Source: Octopus sinensis (lineage: Eukaryota). From it: 46,826 nucleotides of DNA. Numbering within the stretch: the stretch's first letter is position 1; every line of letters starts with the position of its first letter. The notes beneath the pieces are model-generated. The model saw only the letters and a list, made by a program, of their open reading frames with translations, was not told the origin of the DNA and made no database searches. Position numbers and translations under genes: made by a program. Shown here one piece after another: positions 1 to 12,781 of the stretch. The stretch is from the NCBI RefSeq assembly GCF_006345805.1, contig NW_021834608.1, positions 1-46,826 of the forward strand. The letters run 5' to 3'.

Positions 1-894
1 TATAGCCCTTATGGATGTAATCAATTGAACTTCATGTTCGTTCTCAATGTTTTTTAGGAGGTCGTTTTCAATTTTAGTTAACTTAACCACAATGTCTTAT
101 TTGTCAATTGAATCATTGGATTCTACTTCATTGGATTCTACTTCAGCTTCTACTTTTCTTCATTTTTTATTTTTCAATATCCTCAACGTCTTGAAATGTA
201 TCATTTTCAGAATATTCAAAATTAAGAAATTCTTCGACTTCTAAGGGATCAAAAATGTCAGTTTTTTCTACTGCAATATCTTGAACTTCAACTACATGAT
301 TCTTTTGAATGGGTTGCTTAATATTCCGAAACAATTTGCAATCGTTTTTTCAGACACATCTTCCCAAGCCATTTTTACGAAAATTACAGTAACTTTTGTA
401 GGAACTGTTACTGAAATTTTGCTGTTCCAACAAATCAGTCAAATACATTAACTTGTGTCGAGTAAAATGTGTTTTAAATGTTTTTATTATACCCAAATCC
501 ACAGGTTGAATAAGACCAGTACTATTTGGAGGAAAAACAATATTTTTATGTTATCCAATTTGATGAACACAATGTGAAGGACAATTGTCCATGAGAAATA
601 AAATTTGCGTTTTTTCATTTTTGAGATGGTAATCAAATTTATTTTGGATTTTTTTATAGTTAAAATCTGTATTTTTTGATAAAAATTGAGACGAGTAATT
701 ACCACGAGAATTGTTCGAAGACATAAAATAACTGAAATTTTATTAATTTGCAATTATATAAAATATGTTTTAAAATTTATGGTCAATTGAGATTGGCCTT
801 TCAATGGAAAGCGAATTTTCTTAGATAATTTTATAAGTGTGTCAATTTCAGAGGTGGCCAATTTCAGAGGTGGCCAATTTCAGAGGAGTCACTG
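1..894 (-). mobile_element. pogo/Tigger-type (DDE_1) DNA transposon remnant with one terminus
   Basis: Minus-strand translation across frameshifts gives ILFLMDNCPSH...NIKILFFPPNSTGLIQPVDLGIIKTFK (~470-600), a DDE_1 motif, plus an acidic tail. About three 16-bp subterminal repeats (GCCAATTTCAGAGGTG) at 841-886 end in CACTG|TA at 894-896. Confidence 0.8.
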
Positions 895-999
895 TACTTG
901 GATTTTTTGATGATGTTGAATTGATAAATGAGACTATTGAATATTGCAAGATATTGTTGCTTTGTAACTAAGAAATATAAAAATGCAGGATTGATCAAA

Positions 1000-1700
1000 T
1001 GAAAAATTAAGTCACGAAGTCCACTTATCTTGAAAAATTACAAATTCAATGAGTTATGTGTGAAATCGAGCAAGACGTAAACAGTTGTTAACAGTAAAAA
1101 ATGTAAATCGAAATGGGTACATAGAAGAGAACATCTGATAACATATGGAAAACGGTCATTTTTAGGAAAATCAATGTTTGATGTCTCTAATAATAAAAAA
1201 CTTAAAGTATTTATGGAAACTCGACATGCTTTCAAAAATGCAATATTCCGGCAGCCGTAAAGTACGAGGAGGAAGATTAATGATTTGGGAATGTTTCTCA
1301 TATGGAGTGGGGGAATCTTTTTTTTATTAAAAGGAAAATGAATAGCATCAATGATATTAATCTTTAACAAATGACTTTGTACAATCGCCCAAGGGGGGCT
1401 AAAATCATTTATTTTCCAACAAGATAACGCTCCATGCTACAAAGCCACATTGTAACCAAATATTTGAAAGACAATAAACACGAAATACTAAATTGGCCAT
1501 TCCAATCATCAGATCTTAATCATATAGAACATCTTGTGTCATGAAAAAATCGGAATTATCAAAAAAACCGCACAAAACATTAAGGAATTGGAGATACGGT
1601 ATTTAAAATTTAGGCGTCTGTACCAAAAACTTATTTGAAAAATTTTGTCTTTTCGCTAAAAAAAGAAGCTACGAAGCAAATTGACGCTCTCCATCATGTT
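1000..1700 (+). mobile_element. Tc1-like DD34E transposase remnant
   Basis: Plus-strand motifs GGRLMIWECFS (~1268), FIFQQDNAP (~1410-1434) and NWPFQSSDLNHIEHL (~1490-1535); multiple stops and frameshifts. Confidence 0.8.
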
Positions 1701-1850
1701 AATTTTAGCATTTGTCACTTAAAATTAAAACCAATTTTTTTGGTCAGATAAATTAGAGATGTTTGCTTTGAAATACAAATATATAGATAATCTGCTTAAA
1801 TTTATAAATAAGGTATTTTGGCAAATCATGTTAAATTTATAAATAAGGTA

Positions 1851-1946
1851 TAATGTCCCCCATGTAATGTCAGTCCTCTGAGTAGTCCACTTGGGGAGTA
1901 ATGTCCCCCATGTAATGTCAGTCCTCTGAGTAGTCCACTAGGGGAG
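1851..1946. repeat. 48-bp direct tandem duplication
   Basis: TAATGTCCCCCATGTAATGTCAGTCCTCTGAGTAGTCCACT(T/A)GGGGAG twice, one mismatch, at the 3' border of the CERT fragment. Confidence 0.95.
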
Positions 1947-2402
1947 TTTCTTCAGTTGCCTGTTCTTTTCTCGTTCCCTGTAGTACTTGTCCCTCCAGTG
2001 TGGGCAGAGGGGACACCTCCCTTCGCGGGACAACACATCCGAGTGGACAGACCCCTCACTTCCATACGCCGACTCCACCGAACTGTTCAGCAGGCCTCTC
2101 CTCCACCGACCGGGCTCGAATGTACCACACGGTGTCCTTCGTCCATATGTCCAACCTCCTCTCGTCGTAGTCGTCCGACTGGCATTACACACCAACCATA
2201 CTATCACTTGCACCTCCTTCACACACCCACGAGTCCCATAACACACGTCCTCCCAGGATTTGTAGTAACTCAGACTCCCCTTCTCCTAAATAAAGTATCT
2301 CTCCTGCCACCCGTATATGTAATTCGTCCATTTTAATAGTGTCGATTCATATTCCACACTAGTCACTGATCCACCACAGCTTCCCAACGATTCACAGGAC
2401 AT
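1947..2402 (-). pseudogene. CERT1: Ceramide transfer protein (CERT/COL4A3BP) N-terminal PH-domain fragment
   Basis: ATG at 2402; LLKWTNYIYGWQERYFI*EKGSLSYYKSWEDVCYGTRG...DDYDERRLDIWTKDTVWYIRARS matches the CERT PH domain (KWTNYIHGWQ...LSYYKSEDE..YGCRG...DFDECRFDI...VWYLRA). In-frame TAG at 2286-2288; no START domain follows. Confidence 0.8.
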
Positions 2403-2808
2403 ACTATTATTCTATATTTACACTTTTCTCTAATATATATAAAAAAAACATTATTTGTCTTTTTGCAAACATTTATCTTGGAGTGAGACAACGGACATCT
2501 GCAAACTTTTGATTAGTTGCCGTGAATACTCTAAAAAGCTCAAATAAACTTGCTGAGAGGTTTAGAAAACGGATAGTTTGATGTTATCAGCCAAGTTTCC
2601 GTGAACAGGGCCGAAAGTATATTTTCAATTATTCCGAATTGTGATAAGTTTTGGAACGAGTTCAGAATGTACAATTCATGTTTCGGGTTAAACCTAAATA
2701 GGTAAACCCATTAAAAAATAGTTTCGGTTTCGGAGAAGATAAATGCTTCAGTGTCGAAAGAAGAAAGTTAAATTTAGATTAGTCTTCGAGGTGACGTGTC
2801 TCTTTACA

Positions 2809-4680
2809 ATGGAGTCTAAAAAATGATTCAATGGGATAGACGAGGAAAACAGTTTGCGATTATTTAAAGAAATAACATATCTTTATTGGATGCCTCCAAT
2901 AAACGAAAGTTTCGGATGGAGGCTGTGAACACTACCGACCCTATAAACTTATTTTCTTTCCCGGTGATTCGAAACATTCCCGACAAGGTTTTGCAGTCCA
3001 TGACCTCCTTGTTCCTTGAATATATAAATTCTAGAAATTCAACGATCGGATGTGTGTCCTGCATATCAGGATGTATGATTTGTGCCTTCCAAAAGCTAAA
3101 TGGCAATCATCAACGTGTATGCTCCACACAGTGGAAGAGAGGAGTCATACATCGACGGGGCTGTAGAAATACCCTACACTACTGGGAGGGTAGAAATACT
3201 ATAATTTTTGTCAAGTGAATGATCTTTTCATTGGAAACATTGCCCTTATGCACCCAGTTCACCACAGGACCACATTAGCCGGTCTAAGGACAAACTTGTA
3301 TTGAATGATGCCCGTTCTATCGAGTGACCATAAAATGGTCATTGCCAAGTTCTGCCCGAAGAAGCACTTGGCAGGAAGACTTGGAGCCTACGCAAATCGC
3401 GGGCACCACACCATACCCATACGTATATAACTGAAAGGCTCTGATCTCAGCCCCCAGTGGGGAAAAAAATATCAAAAGGATATTGATAACCATTTGAACG
3501 CATTACTGACTAATATGACTATACAAGACATGTAGGATCAGACTAAAAACATTATTTACCTTGCTGCAAAAACCTACCTTGGAGTGAAACAATGGACATC
3601 TGGAAACATGTCACTAAGCCATTTTGATTCTACATTACTGCAAGAACAACGACGGGAACTATGCATAGACATTATAAACAAACCTCGATCTGAACGGAAT
3701 AAAATCAGGAAAATAATCCACAAACTTATGAACACTCATAGAATGACTTCTTATAATACTTTCTCAAGCTAGAGCAAATTAAAGGACAATGCACAAATGT
3801 TTGCTTAGTCCGTTTACTGCAAAGAAAGAAAAAAGCCACAATACATGTCACGGATGAGAACGGGAAGCTTATTTTGACCAGAAGAACAAGTCGAAATTGA
3901 TCGCCTCCCACTTGGAAAAACTACTCGATACCAACAGTCATGATCTCGTTCCTTTTATCACGAACTTTGGGAAGTCATCACACCCGAAAAGTCCAATACG
4001 CGTGCAGTAAGCTGAAGAATCGCATGAACGTAGGACCGGAAATGTGAACCAATGTGTTTTTTGAAATTATGCGCCTGTCGCTTCTAACCGGTTAAAATAT
4101 CCGGCAGAAAAATATCTGTCAGCATTCCAAAGTGGATTTCGTGAAGGAAGGTCGACAGCGGACATTCTGTGGAGACATAGATGGCGCTGTGCAACCGCTA
4201 TCAAAGAAAAATACACGAAATCGATTATGCAGATGACGTGGACTTTATATCCAAAGAAGCCTCACGGATATGATGAGAAATGCACCAGATAAATTGGGGG
4301 AATGGTTCCTTTTTGTCAATAAGGCCAAAAAGAAAATCACCGAAATCAAAAGAATGGACAATATCCTTAATGAACGCTGGCGACATGTCAACAAGCTTGG
4401 ATCTTTACTGCGCGACATAAAAGACATCATTAATAGGAAAAGACATGCTGGAGTAGCAATTAGAAAACTCAAAAAGGGATGGCTGAAAAGAATCGGTGTC
4501 AATCTACGGATACGTATGTACAATGTATTTGTGAAGTCGATACTGTTATACTATGCCAGCACTTGGCCTGTACGAATGCCGAATCAACATCTCTCGACAC
4601 GTTCCACAGAAAACAGCTTATTTGGTGTGAACTATTCTGTCAGAATTTCGAATTCTGAAATCTACAACAAATGAGGAGTA
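2809..4680 (+). mobile_element. Degraded RTE-like APE-RT non-LTR retrotransposon (copy 1)
   Basis: MESKK start, APE motif AIINVYAPHSG (~3105-3135), RT motifs FQSGFREGRSTADI (~4125) and IDYADDVDF (~4220), post-RT ORF 4270-4674 (VNKLGSLL...RIRMYNVFVKSILLY). Internally deleted. Confidence 0.85.
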
Positions 4681-4796
4681 GGCCTCTATCACTGACGCCA
4701 AATGGACAAAATAGATTAAGAAAACATATCCGACACGTCTTAATCAACCAAAACACAATGAACGAAATAGAAAACCCAAAACTAGTCAGGAACGTC

Positions 4797-6235
4797 TCAA
4801 TCAATGTCTATTTGACTGGGAACGTCCGTGTTAGTGGTCTTCTCCGTGTTAGTAGGAACGTCCGTTCTAGCTGGCGTTTCCGTGCTAGTTGGTGCCTCCT
4901 TGTTGGTGGCCGTCTCCGTATTACTCGGAACTTTGGTTGGTTCGTCGCTGGCTACCCCATTGGTTGGTTGATCGACAACCATAGTCTCCTGAGGAGGTGT
5001 CTAGGCCTAGAGAGGACAGGAATGATTTGAGTGTGGATGGTCTGGATAAGAGAGGGGTAGTACTTGTAGTTGTTCTCTGACTTGTGTGAGGGAGATGGGT
5101 GGGTCAGTGTAGTAGCAAATGTTGTGAAATGCCCGACAGGCCTGGTCATACCACTCCCGGAATCGACAGACGAGAGCACACACATGAGTGATCTCCTCCT
5201 GACTGAAATAATCATATTCCCCCTGCTTGTACAAGCACAATGTATACTGCCTCCATCAACTGGACACCCTCCCCAACACGTGTCAACTGACATCCCAACT
5301 CGTCGAGGACGTGAGGAAGGGACTCATATTGTGATGCTCGATGGAGAACGGGGAGTGAGTATTTCTGAGATATGGCAATGTAGTGTACCTCGATGTCAGT
5401 CAGCCTGTACTCTCTTTTCTCAGCGTCCTGTCCTTGGTCGTACAACCACTCCTCAGTGAGGTCGAGGAGAGTGGCACTCCTGTCCTACCACTCAACACAC
5501 ACAGTACGGCAGGGGGGACGAACGGACTCAACTCACACTCCACCCCACTACGGAAGGTGAGGACGAGTTCTTCCAATTTATTCTTGGCAAAGTCCCTCTG
5601 GACTTGCAGGTCGGTGGTCATTTGCATGTTGGCCTACACTGGACACAGCACACCAACCTCCATCTCCACATACGCATCCAACACGTCCTGGGGGAGACTG
5701 GCAGTTCGGGAGGTGACGGGCAAATTGGTGAGCCTCTTCTTCTGGTCGCCCGAGGCCACCACCTGCATTGAGTTGTCCTTGAACTGACAGATGCCCGCCT
5801 GGAGAGAGGTGTGGCCAAAGTCGAGGATGGTAATGTTCTGTTGCACGTCCCTCTTGTAGTAACCGTAACTCACACCAACTGCAATATCACCCACACACAA
5901 CCTGAGGTCACGTCACTGCTCACTTTGAGCACACTCAGCCCAACTATCGTCCATCACTGCCCTTCGTTGCCCCTCCGTGAAGTACACGGGCACCTATCAA
6001 TCACCGGACTGCACGACTACCATATCACCACATCAGTCACGCTCGTCTTCAGCCACATCTCCGCCGTCCTCTTCAGTTTGCCCAGAATCATCCCCACCAC
6101 CTGCGTGGGGCACAAACACACCTCCCCCCGTCGTACTCACCTTTATTACTACTGATCCCTCTCCACACACTCCGAATGACACTCCATCCAACACTCCCCT
6201 CACTTTCGGGTCCTCACATTCCCCACACATCAAAC
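4797..6235 (-). pseudogene. HSPA4: Hsp110/HSPA4-family chaperone fragment with large internal deletion
   Basis: QVVGMILGKLKRTAE...VPVYFTEGQRRAVMD...VSYGYYKRD...ILDFGHTSLQ (NBD), then a jump at ~5750 to QRDFAKNKLEELV and EEWLYDQGQD (lid). Introns of 23-27 nt; N-terminus absent; frameshifts. Confidence 0.85.
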
Positions 6236-6289
6236 TTTAGTGTTTTTGGCTTTTTGTTATTTAAACAAAATAATTTCCATGCACAAAAC

Positions 6290-6975
6290 ACCTTTTTGTT
6301 TAGGATTCGAATCTGGTCTGTGATTGTTGTCGAGATTCTTTCAAATTCTCCCCTTTTAAATTTTTTGTAATTGTAAAAACATAAAATTTCAATGACTTTC
6401 TTCTTTTCTTCGTCTTTGATAGTAGACATAAAGTATTTTTGTATTAATATATCCTTTTCAGTCAAAGACTTAATTTTATTTTGAATTCTCTGCTTCCAAT
6501 TCGTTTTAATTGGATCTCTCATTGTAATTTGTTGATCCACACATTGCGCGGAATATATTAGAGTTGAAATATCTTCTTTCATTTCCCACGATCGTGGGTT
6601 AGGAATCCCGCGATCGTGGCCATATGTGTTTTCTTTGAATTGACAGCCCGCAGAATTCCAGCTTTTCTCAGACACACATTAGATTTTCTTTCCAAATCAT
6701 AAAGGAATTGAAACAACATGCATTCACTTCTGAACACGATTGAAGTGAGCCCTCTTCCAAGTTTATTTCTTGGTAAATATAGCCTCTCTTTATTTGCAGG
6801 CTTTAAATAAAGTTTCGTCTCATAAAGAATACGCCGAACATCAACATCAATATCCTCAAACTCATGTGGTTCAATGTTTATTAGTCAATATAATATTGTA
6901 AAGTGGATAGTGCGGATTCGTTAATTGCTTTGAACATATTTACTAGCATTCAGTTTTGTGCTTGTCAGTTTTCAG
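6290..6975 (-). mobile_element. R4/Dong-like non-LTR retrotransposon fragments
   Basis: LNASKYV.AINE...RLYLPRNKLGRGL (6747-6786), a typical post-RT motif, followed on the same strand by a pre-RT-type segment ISTLIYSAQ...NWKQRIQNKIKSL (ORF 6214-6675). Confidence 0.65.
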
Positions 6976-8720
6976 TTCAGTGTCCGAGATCCCCCATGTT
7001 GACGATTTGTATAGTAGAACAGGCTTTACGAATGCATTATAAAGCCTTGATCGAGGGCCCGATTTATCGGCCAAGCTTGGAGCATTTTTTTACGAACGTA
7101 TTCTGCTCGAGCCGCAGTAGCAAGCATCTTTCTACGAGAATGTCTTCACTATCTCCAAATATGGAGCCGAGTTTGTTGGCTTTCCTCCATGTTTCGCCAA
7201 TTCTGGTGTCCATTCGTTTTATCTCCGTCAATTCGGTTTTGGAAGTGTTAATTATCAGGAACCATTTGTTAAGTACCCGTGGGGAATTGTTTAGTAGATG
7301 AATTAGATCATCTATGTTGTCCGAGGCAAAGTCCACATCGTCGGCAAATACAATTTCGGTAATAGAATCATTATAGAAAGTTCTCAAATCTTTCAAGGCG
7401 GCTTCCAGATAGATTACAAATAGCAGGGGGGAGAGAGAGTCTCCCTGAGGCGTGCCGACATTCGTTTTGAACCGCCTGGAGGAGGCTGACCCAATAAGAA
7501 CAGAAAGTTCTGTCTTAGCGAGTAGTAGTCGTATCATTCTCACTTCATCCACCTCTAGGAAGCTTTCCAGAACTTCGATAAGTAGGTCACGACGGACACA
7601 GTCAAAAGCCTTTGACATATCGATACCAAGGATAGCCGTAGCTTTTTTAAATTTCTGCTGGACAGCGCAGCGCCATCTGTGACTCCAGACTATATCAGCT
7701 GTGGATCTTCCAGCCCTGAATCCACTGTGACTGGGGGAGAGATTTCATTAACAGTTCGCACGACATCGGACCACATGGACTAGAAGTAGAACAATGGGGC
7801 CGGTGAACCTACATCAATCTACAAACAAATCGATTATATTCTTTGTCGACAAGCCGATAAGGCTACCCTATTCGACTCCCGATCATATGGAGGATCTCGG
7901 GTTGATAGTGATCATAAAATGGTCGTTGGACGTTTTAACATCAAGAAACACCATGCGCCCCTCAACGTGCGAAGACTCCCATCTGCTACAAGGAAAAGAT
8001 ATCTCACGGAAAAACTGTTGCACTCCTCCCTCACTCGGGAAAAGTATCAAAAATCATTGGAGAGCTATATCTCTTGTACAGGAACGGGTCTCTCCTCGAA
8101 GAACACATGGGAGTGCATTATGAATGGTATCTATATGACTGCTGACGAGCACATCGGGAAGCAACCAAATAATAATCAGTCTGGGAGATGCTGCCACCCA
8201 GATGTTCGAGCGATAATCATTGAGCAAAAGGATCTAAAGCTCAGAATTGAAAACAAGAATGATCATAATAACAAACAGGCACTGAAGAGGGAACGTGCCA
8301 GAATACAACGACTCATTAAGAAACTAAACCGTCATCACACTCTAACACTCTGGAAACCTTCTAACGAAATCGAAGGCTCAAGGACGCGCACAAATGTTTC
8401 AGGCCATGCTTCTCCTCAAAAGAAGAAAACCCACCAAACTCAAAATTACCGATGGCATGGGAAAAACCATCTACAAACCTGCTGAGCAAGCGAAATAATT
8501 GCTGATCACTTCGAACATCAATTTAATCTGAACACTGATGACATCGACCCTTTTACCTGCAAAACAGCACCTCTCAATAAGCCAATCGCAGTTGAAGAGG
8601 TCATCCAAGCTGCCAAGAAGCTTAAGAATTGTCGGGCAGCTGGACCTGATAATATTAATGCAGAACTGATCAAGTATGGTCCTAAACTACTTATGGAAAA
8701 ACTGACGAAAAACTGAATAA
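6975..8720. mobile_element. RTE-like LINE (copy 2), bipartite and inverted
   Basis: Minus 7760-6975: LSPSHSGFRAGRSTADI...GIDMSKAFD...PQGDSLSPLLF...FADD. Plus 7760-8720: APE end (RHRTTWT...QIDYILCR...SYGG..VDSDHKMV) through AAGPDNINAELIKYG. Confidence 0.9.
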
Positions 8721-8965
8721 AGAATCTTAAGATTATTTTATTTTTAATTATTAACCTATACGCCAATAAATAATTTTTAAGTAATTATAAAAATTATCTA
8801 ACGATAAGTCCTTCGAGAATTGGAAAAAAAGTTTTGGAATATTAAATAAAATTAAAAAAAGTAAAATTTTATATTAAATTTGTTTAATATAAAAATGAAA
8901 ATGTGGTAAATAAAATAGAATAAATTTTAACGCTGTCATTTGTTGTGTTGTTAATACTAGTCATA

Positions 8966-10101
8966 ATGCCAGAATCTAAACAAAAATCAATTTCCCCAGC
9001 TTTAAAACAACCAGAAGATTTACCCACAGTATTTCTAGCCTTGGATGGCGGTCAGGGAAAACAACATTTATAAACGTTTTTCAAAACCATTATTGAGTAG
9101 ATGTTAAATTCTAAACTTAAAATTTCGGGAACATCAACATACGTTATAAATCTCGATCCAGCAGTAGTCAATCTTCCATACATCCCAAATATTGGTATGA
9201 TAGTAATAATCACTCCTTTAGATATACGAGATAACATCTCGTATACAAAAGTAAGGAAGGACTACAATCTTGATCCAAATGGAGCAATTGTCTGTTCTTT
9301 TAATCTATATGCCACTCGATTCGACCAAGTTATTCGACTGATCGAATCCAAAAAAGGAAAAAATAAGTAATCCAAATTATAATGTGCAGATTTGTGATAA
9401 TTGATACTCCGGGACAAATAGATTTGTTTACATGATCGGCTTCGGGCACAGTCATTACAAATTTATTGGTAGGGACCGAAGGATATTAATATTTTACAGG
9501 CATCATCATTTCCCACGGTGCTGTTGTATATCACCGATTCAAACGTGAGTCGTGACCCAGTTATTTTTATGGTCAACATGCTCTACACCTGTTCAATGCT
9601 TTATAAATTTAATTTGCCGTTATTACTTTGTTTAAATAAGGTCTAAAAATATTGATGAATTTCAGTGTGATTTGGATGGCACTGGAGTCGTCTTGGAGTG
9701 GATAAGAAACTCTGATGTTTACTGTGAAGCTCTTGACCAAGATCCATCATATGACCTCATTAGGTCACTTGATTCGGTTCTTGATGAGACGATTGAGGTA
9801 TTTTTAAAGATTGTTTTGTTTCAGGCAGTTTGTGTTTCATCTACTATTGGGATTGGTTTTGATGAGTTGTGGGACGTTTTAATGATTTGAGGGAATTATA
9901 TTTTAAGTTTGATTCTGAACTTTATAGTATTTAGAGAATATGTGGAATATCATAATAATATGACTAAAGGAATTGATACAAGACAGTTATTGGTTATAAT
10001 CTTTTTAAGATTTTTCAGGAGATTCTGTCGAGTTTGGTACCGTTTGTAGTGACGGTTCTGATGTGTCACAATTGGAGGAGGATTTGATTAAAAAAATGTG
10101 A
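8966..10101 (+). pseudogene. GPN1: GPN-loop GTPase 1 (near full length, disrupted)
   Basis: YVINLDPAV..LPYIPNIDIRD...NGAIVCSFNLYATRFDQV...IDTPGQIDLFT*SASG...ASSFPTV. Introns 9195-9221, 9367-9389, 9469-9499, 9641-9665. P-loop frameshifted (~9040-9060); TGA at the conserved Trp (9433-9435). Confidence 0.9.
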
Positions 10102-10564
10102 ATTATTTTTTGATTTACATTTCAATTTGATTTTCTATTATTAAAAAACGGAAAATAGTTATTTTTTAGAATTTGTTGTAGTATATTTATTATATCTGAA
10201 TTAATGAATATCAAAACGTTTAATCGAAATAACTCTAAAGACAATCATTCGAAAGTATAAAAAATTACAATTAATAATACAGAAACGAAAATACCTGGGC
10301 GAATATTTGTTATAGAGATTTTTAAAGTTTGGTGAAAAGCTTTTATCGAAAGCCAAATGTCTTTTTTGTCGCAAAATATTGTGTAACGCTTCTCTTGTTC
10401 CTCCTGAATAATGATTGGATTAGGAATTTTTCATCATAGTCAATAAAAAATATTTCTTCCACTGAATATCAACAAATTATATTTTACGATTAAAATAGGA
10501 TGCTTTAACAAAGAACATCACCGGGACAATAATGTTAATCCAAAAAGTGCCCGGAGTCCGTTGA

Positions 10565-12637
10565 GCGACAACTCGCCTATAGACGAGTTGTCGCCTAACT
10601 CGCCTAAATTTTTTGGCGACAACTCGTCTACGAAGAAAAATATTTTAAAGGTAAATAAAATAAAATTTTAAAACAATTACTGTTTATTCTGAACTTTTAA
10701 AGCAAATCAAACCATCAATTAGCTTAAAATAGCAATCTACTTCAAATTCATGAAAATTTTCACATGCTATTCTCAGTTCAAGTTCCTTTTTGCAGTCTGT
10801 CGCAGACACTTCAAGATACCTCCCTGACTTAAGTTGTGTCATTTTCACAAAAAGTCTTTGTTCTTCCCTGGCCAAAACATTGACAAAAGCTGCCAAATTT
10901 TGGTGCGCTCTGTTAAAAGAACTGTTCAACAGCTTATGCCAAACTTCCAATGAATTGGTCGTCCTGGGCATTGACTTTAATACCCGATAAAAACAACTCC
11001 AAAAACTAACGTCATAAGATGGGTCAGCAATAAATTGGTTTTTAAAATAAACCAAAAATTCATTATCTGTTGGTTGTTTTCTTTTTTGTCGCATCAAGAG
11101 AAAATTTTTCAAATTCCATTAAAACATTTCCACAGGGATGAAAGATAAATGGTAGCATTTTCTCAATAATTTTCGTTCCCAACGATGAAACGTCTTTGTA
11201 GGCTCCCACAAGACAAGACATTGTATTTTCCGCCATATGATTTGGCCGAAATGGAATTGCAGCCAAATACATTAGACGACGAAAAAACTGATTTTGTGGA
11301 GTTAATTAACCCCTTTTCAAAATCAATTAAAATACTTGCTGGTGAAGTAACAACAAGTGTCTTTATTTCTTCAATAATGCACAGTAGGCTTTTCTGTTTT
11401 GTTGAGCAAAAGAGCGTGCGCAAGAGGCCAGAATTTACCTAAGTATTTTTCCTTGTATTGTAATCATTTGTTCGAATTGATTAGGCACGCTTTAAAGGTA
11501 CCATCAATAACCCAGACATCTGATTTTTTCAAAATGTCAATCTGATAATCCGAACAAAAAATGACGTAACGATTTATGTACATCATTAATTCCAGAATCC
11601 TTGCGATAAAAAATTTCGCCCCGATCATTATACCACAAACTTTCAGGAATTTCAGGAATGGTCGGAACAAAATTTGGTATCAGTGTTTCTCTTTCCCGTT
11701 GAACGAGACGAGTCAATGAACGTTCCTTTGGCAAGATTTTAATGACGTCAACATTGGCTCCAATGAGGCTTCTTGACACCACATTCATAGTTCTGTCTTC
11801 TGACGCCTTTGCGGCATCTTTCAGGTCAGAAACTAGTTTCATGCTTTTTATCTCATGATCCTCAAAAGGGCCATGATTATGAGCATTTTTTGTGCTCAAC
11901 TTGTTTTGAGCATCCACCGTGCACCTCGCACTGCATTCTCGATTTCTGCACCTCCATAGGTAAGACCGTCTTTTTTTCTATCTGTATTAACAAATAGGGT
12001 ATTCCAAATTTAGCATCTATAAATCTCGACTATAAGCAAAGATTTTAATTATTTTTTCATTTTTTATTAATTTAAGTTAAATTTAATGGATTTGTCTATT
12101 TTTTTAAGAATAAAAATTAAGCCGAAAAATCGTATTGTAAACTATTAAGAAGCAAAATGCAGCCGCTTCAACAATAGACATTCCATTTAGAATTAGTCAA
12201 TGTTGGCCATTGCATTCCACGTTTTTGAAGTATTTTTTTAATTATATGAGAAGTTTGGCGAAGCCATGGTGAACGGGTTGGTGGTTTGGTTCATTTGTTA
12301 GTTATTGACGATGTGTGTTTTCTTTAATTTATTAATATTAATTTATTTCTAAAAGGATTATTTTATAAAATTTTAAATAATTTATTTTCTTGTGGTTTAT
12401 AACAGACTAAAATTGGAGATTACCACAAATAGTTCCGGTGTAGTGAAAGTTTGCCACCTCTTTGGCTTTTAAGCAGTAAAAGTCAGTCATAATAAGGATT
12501 AAAGTAAAAAATTGTTGAAATTTTAATTAATTAAATTAATCTGGTAAAATAAAATTTTTTATTTATTTTAAGTAGGCGAGTTGTCGCCAAATAATTAGGC
12601 GAGATTGGCGACAACTCGTCTATAGGCGAGTTGTCGC
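10565..12637 (-). mobile_element. Mutator-like element (MULE) with FLYWCH plus MULE transposase, decayed
   Basis: About 65-bp TIRs (10565-10630 and 12573-12637) built on GCGACAACTCG. Minus-strand pieces: Y(W)RCRNRECSAR...HNH, VIDGTFK, ILIDFEKGLINS, PRTTNSLEVWH. No TSD found. Confidence 0.9.
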
Positions 12638-12781
12638 ATAGCCACTATATTTTATTAAAATCATTATTTAAAGAAAAACAAATCACTGAGCATTAAAAGG
12701 TTAAAAGTTCAATAATATTTTTAAAACGATATTCTGGAAGTTTTGATTTACAATCTATCGTAGTTTTTTGTAAGTTGTAAA

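Noticed and set aside
9433-9435. TGA at a conserved Trp in GPN1 suggesting UGA=Trp recoding
   Set aside because: It is a single G-to-A change. Other Trp codons are TGG, lesions elsewhere include TAG (CERT 2286-2288) and TAA (45300-45302), and genes appear to end on TGA. Decay or error is simpler.
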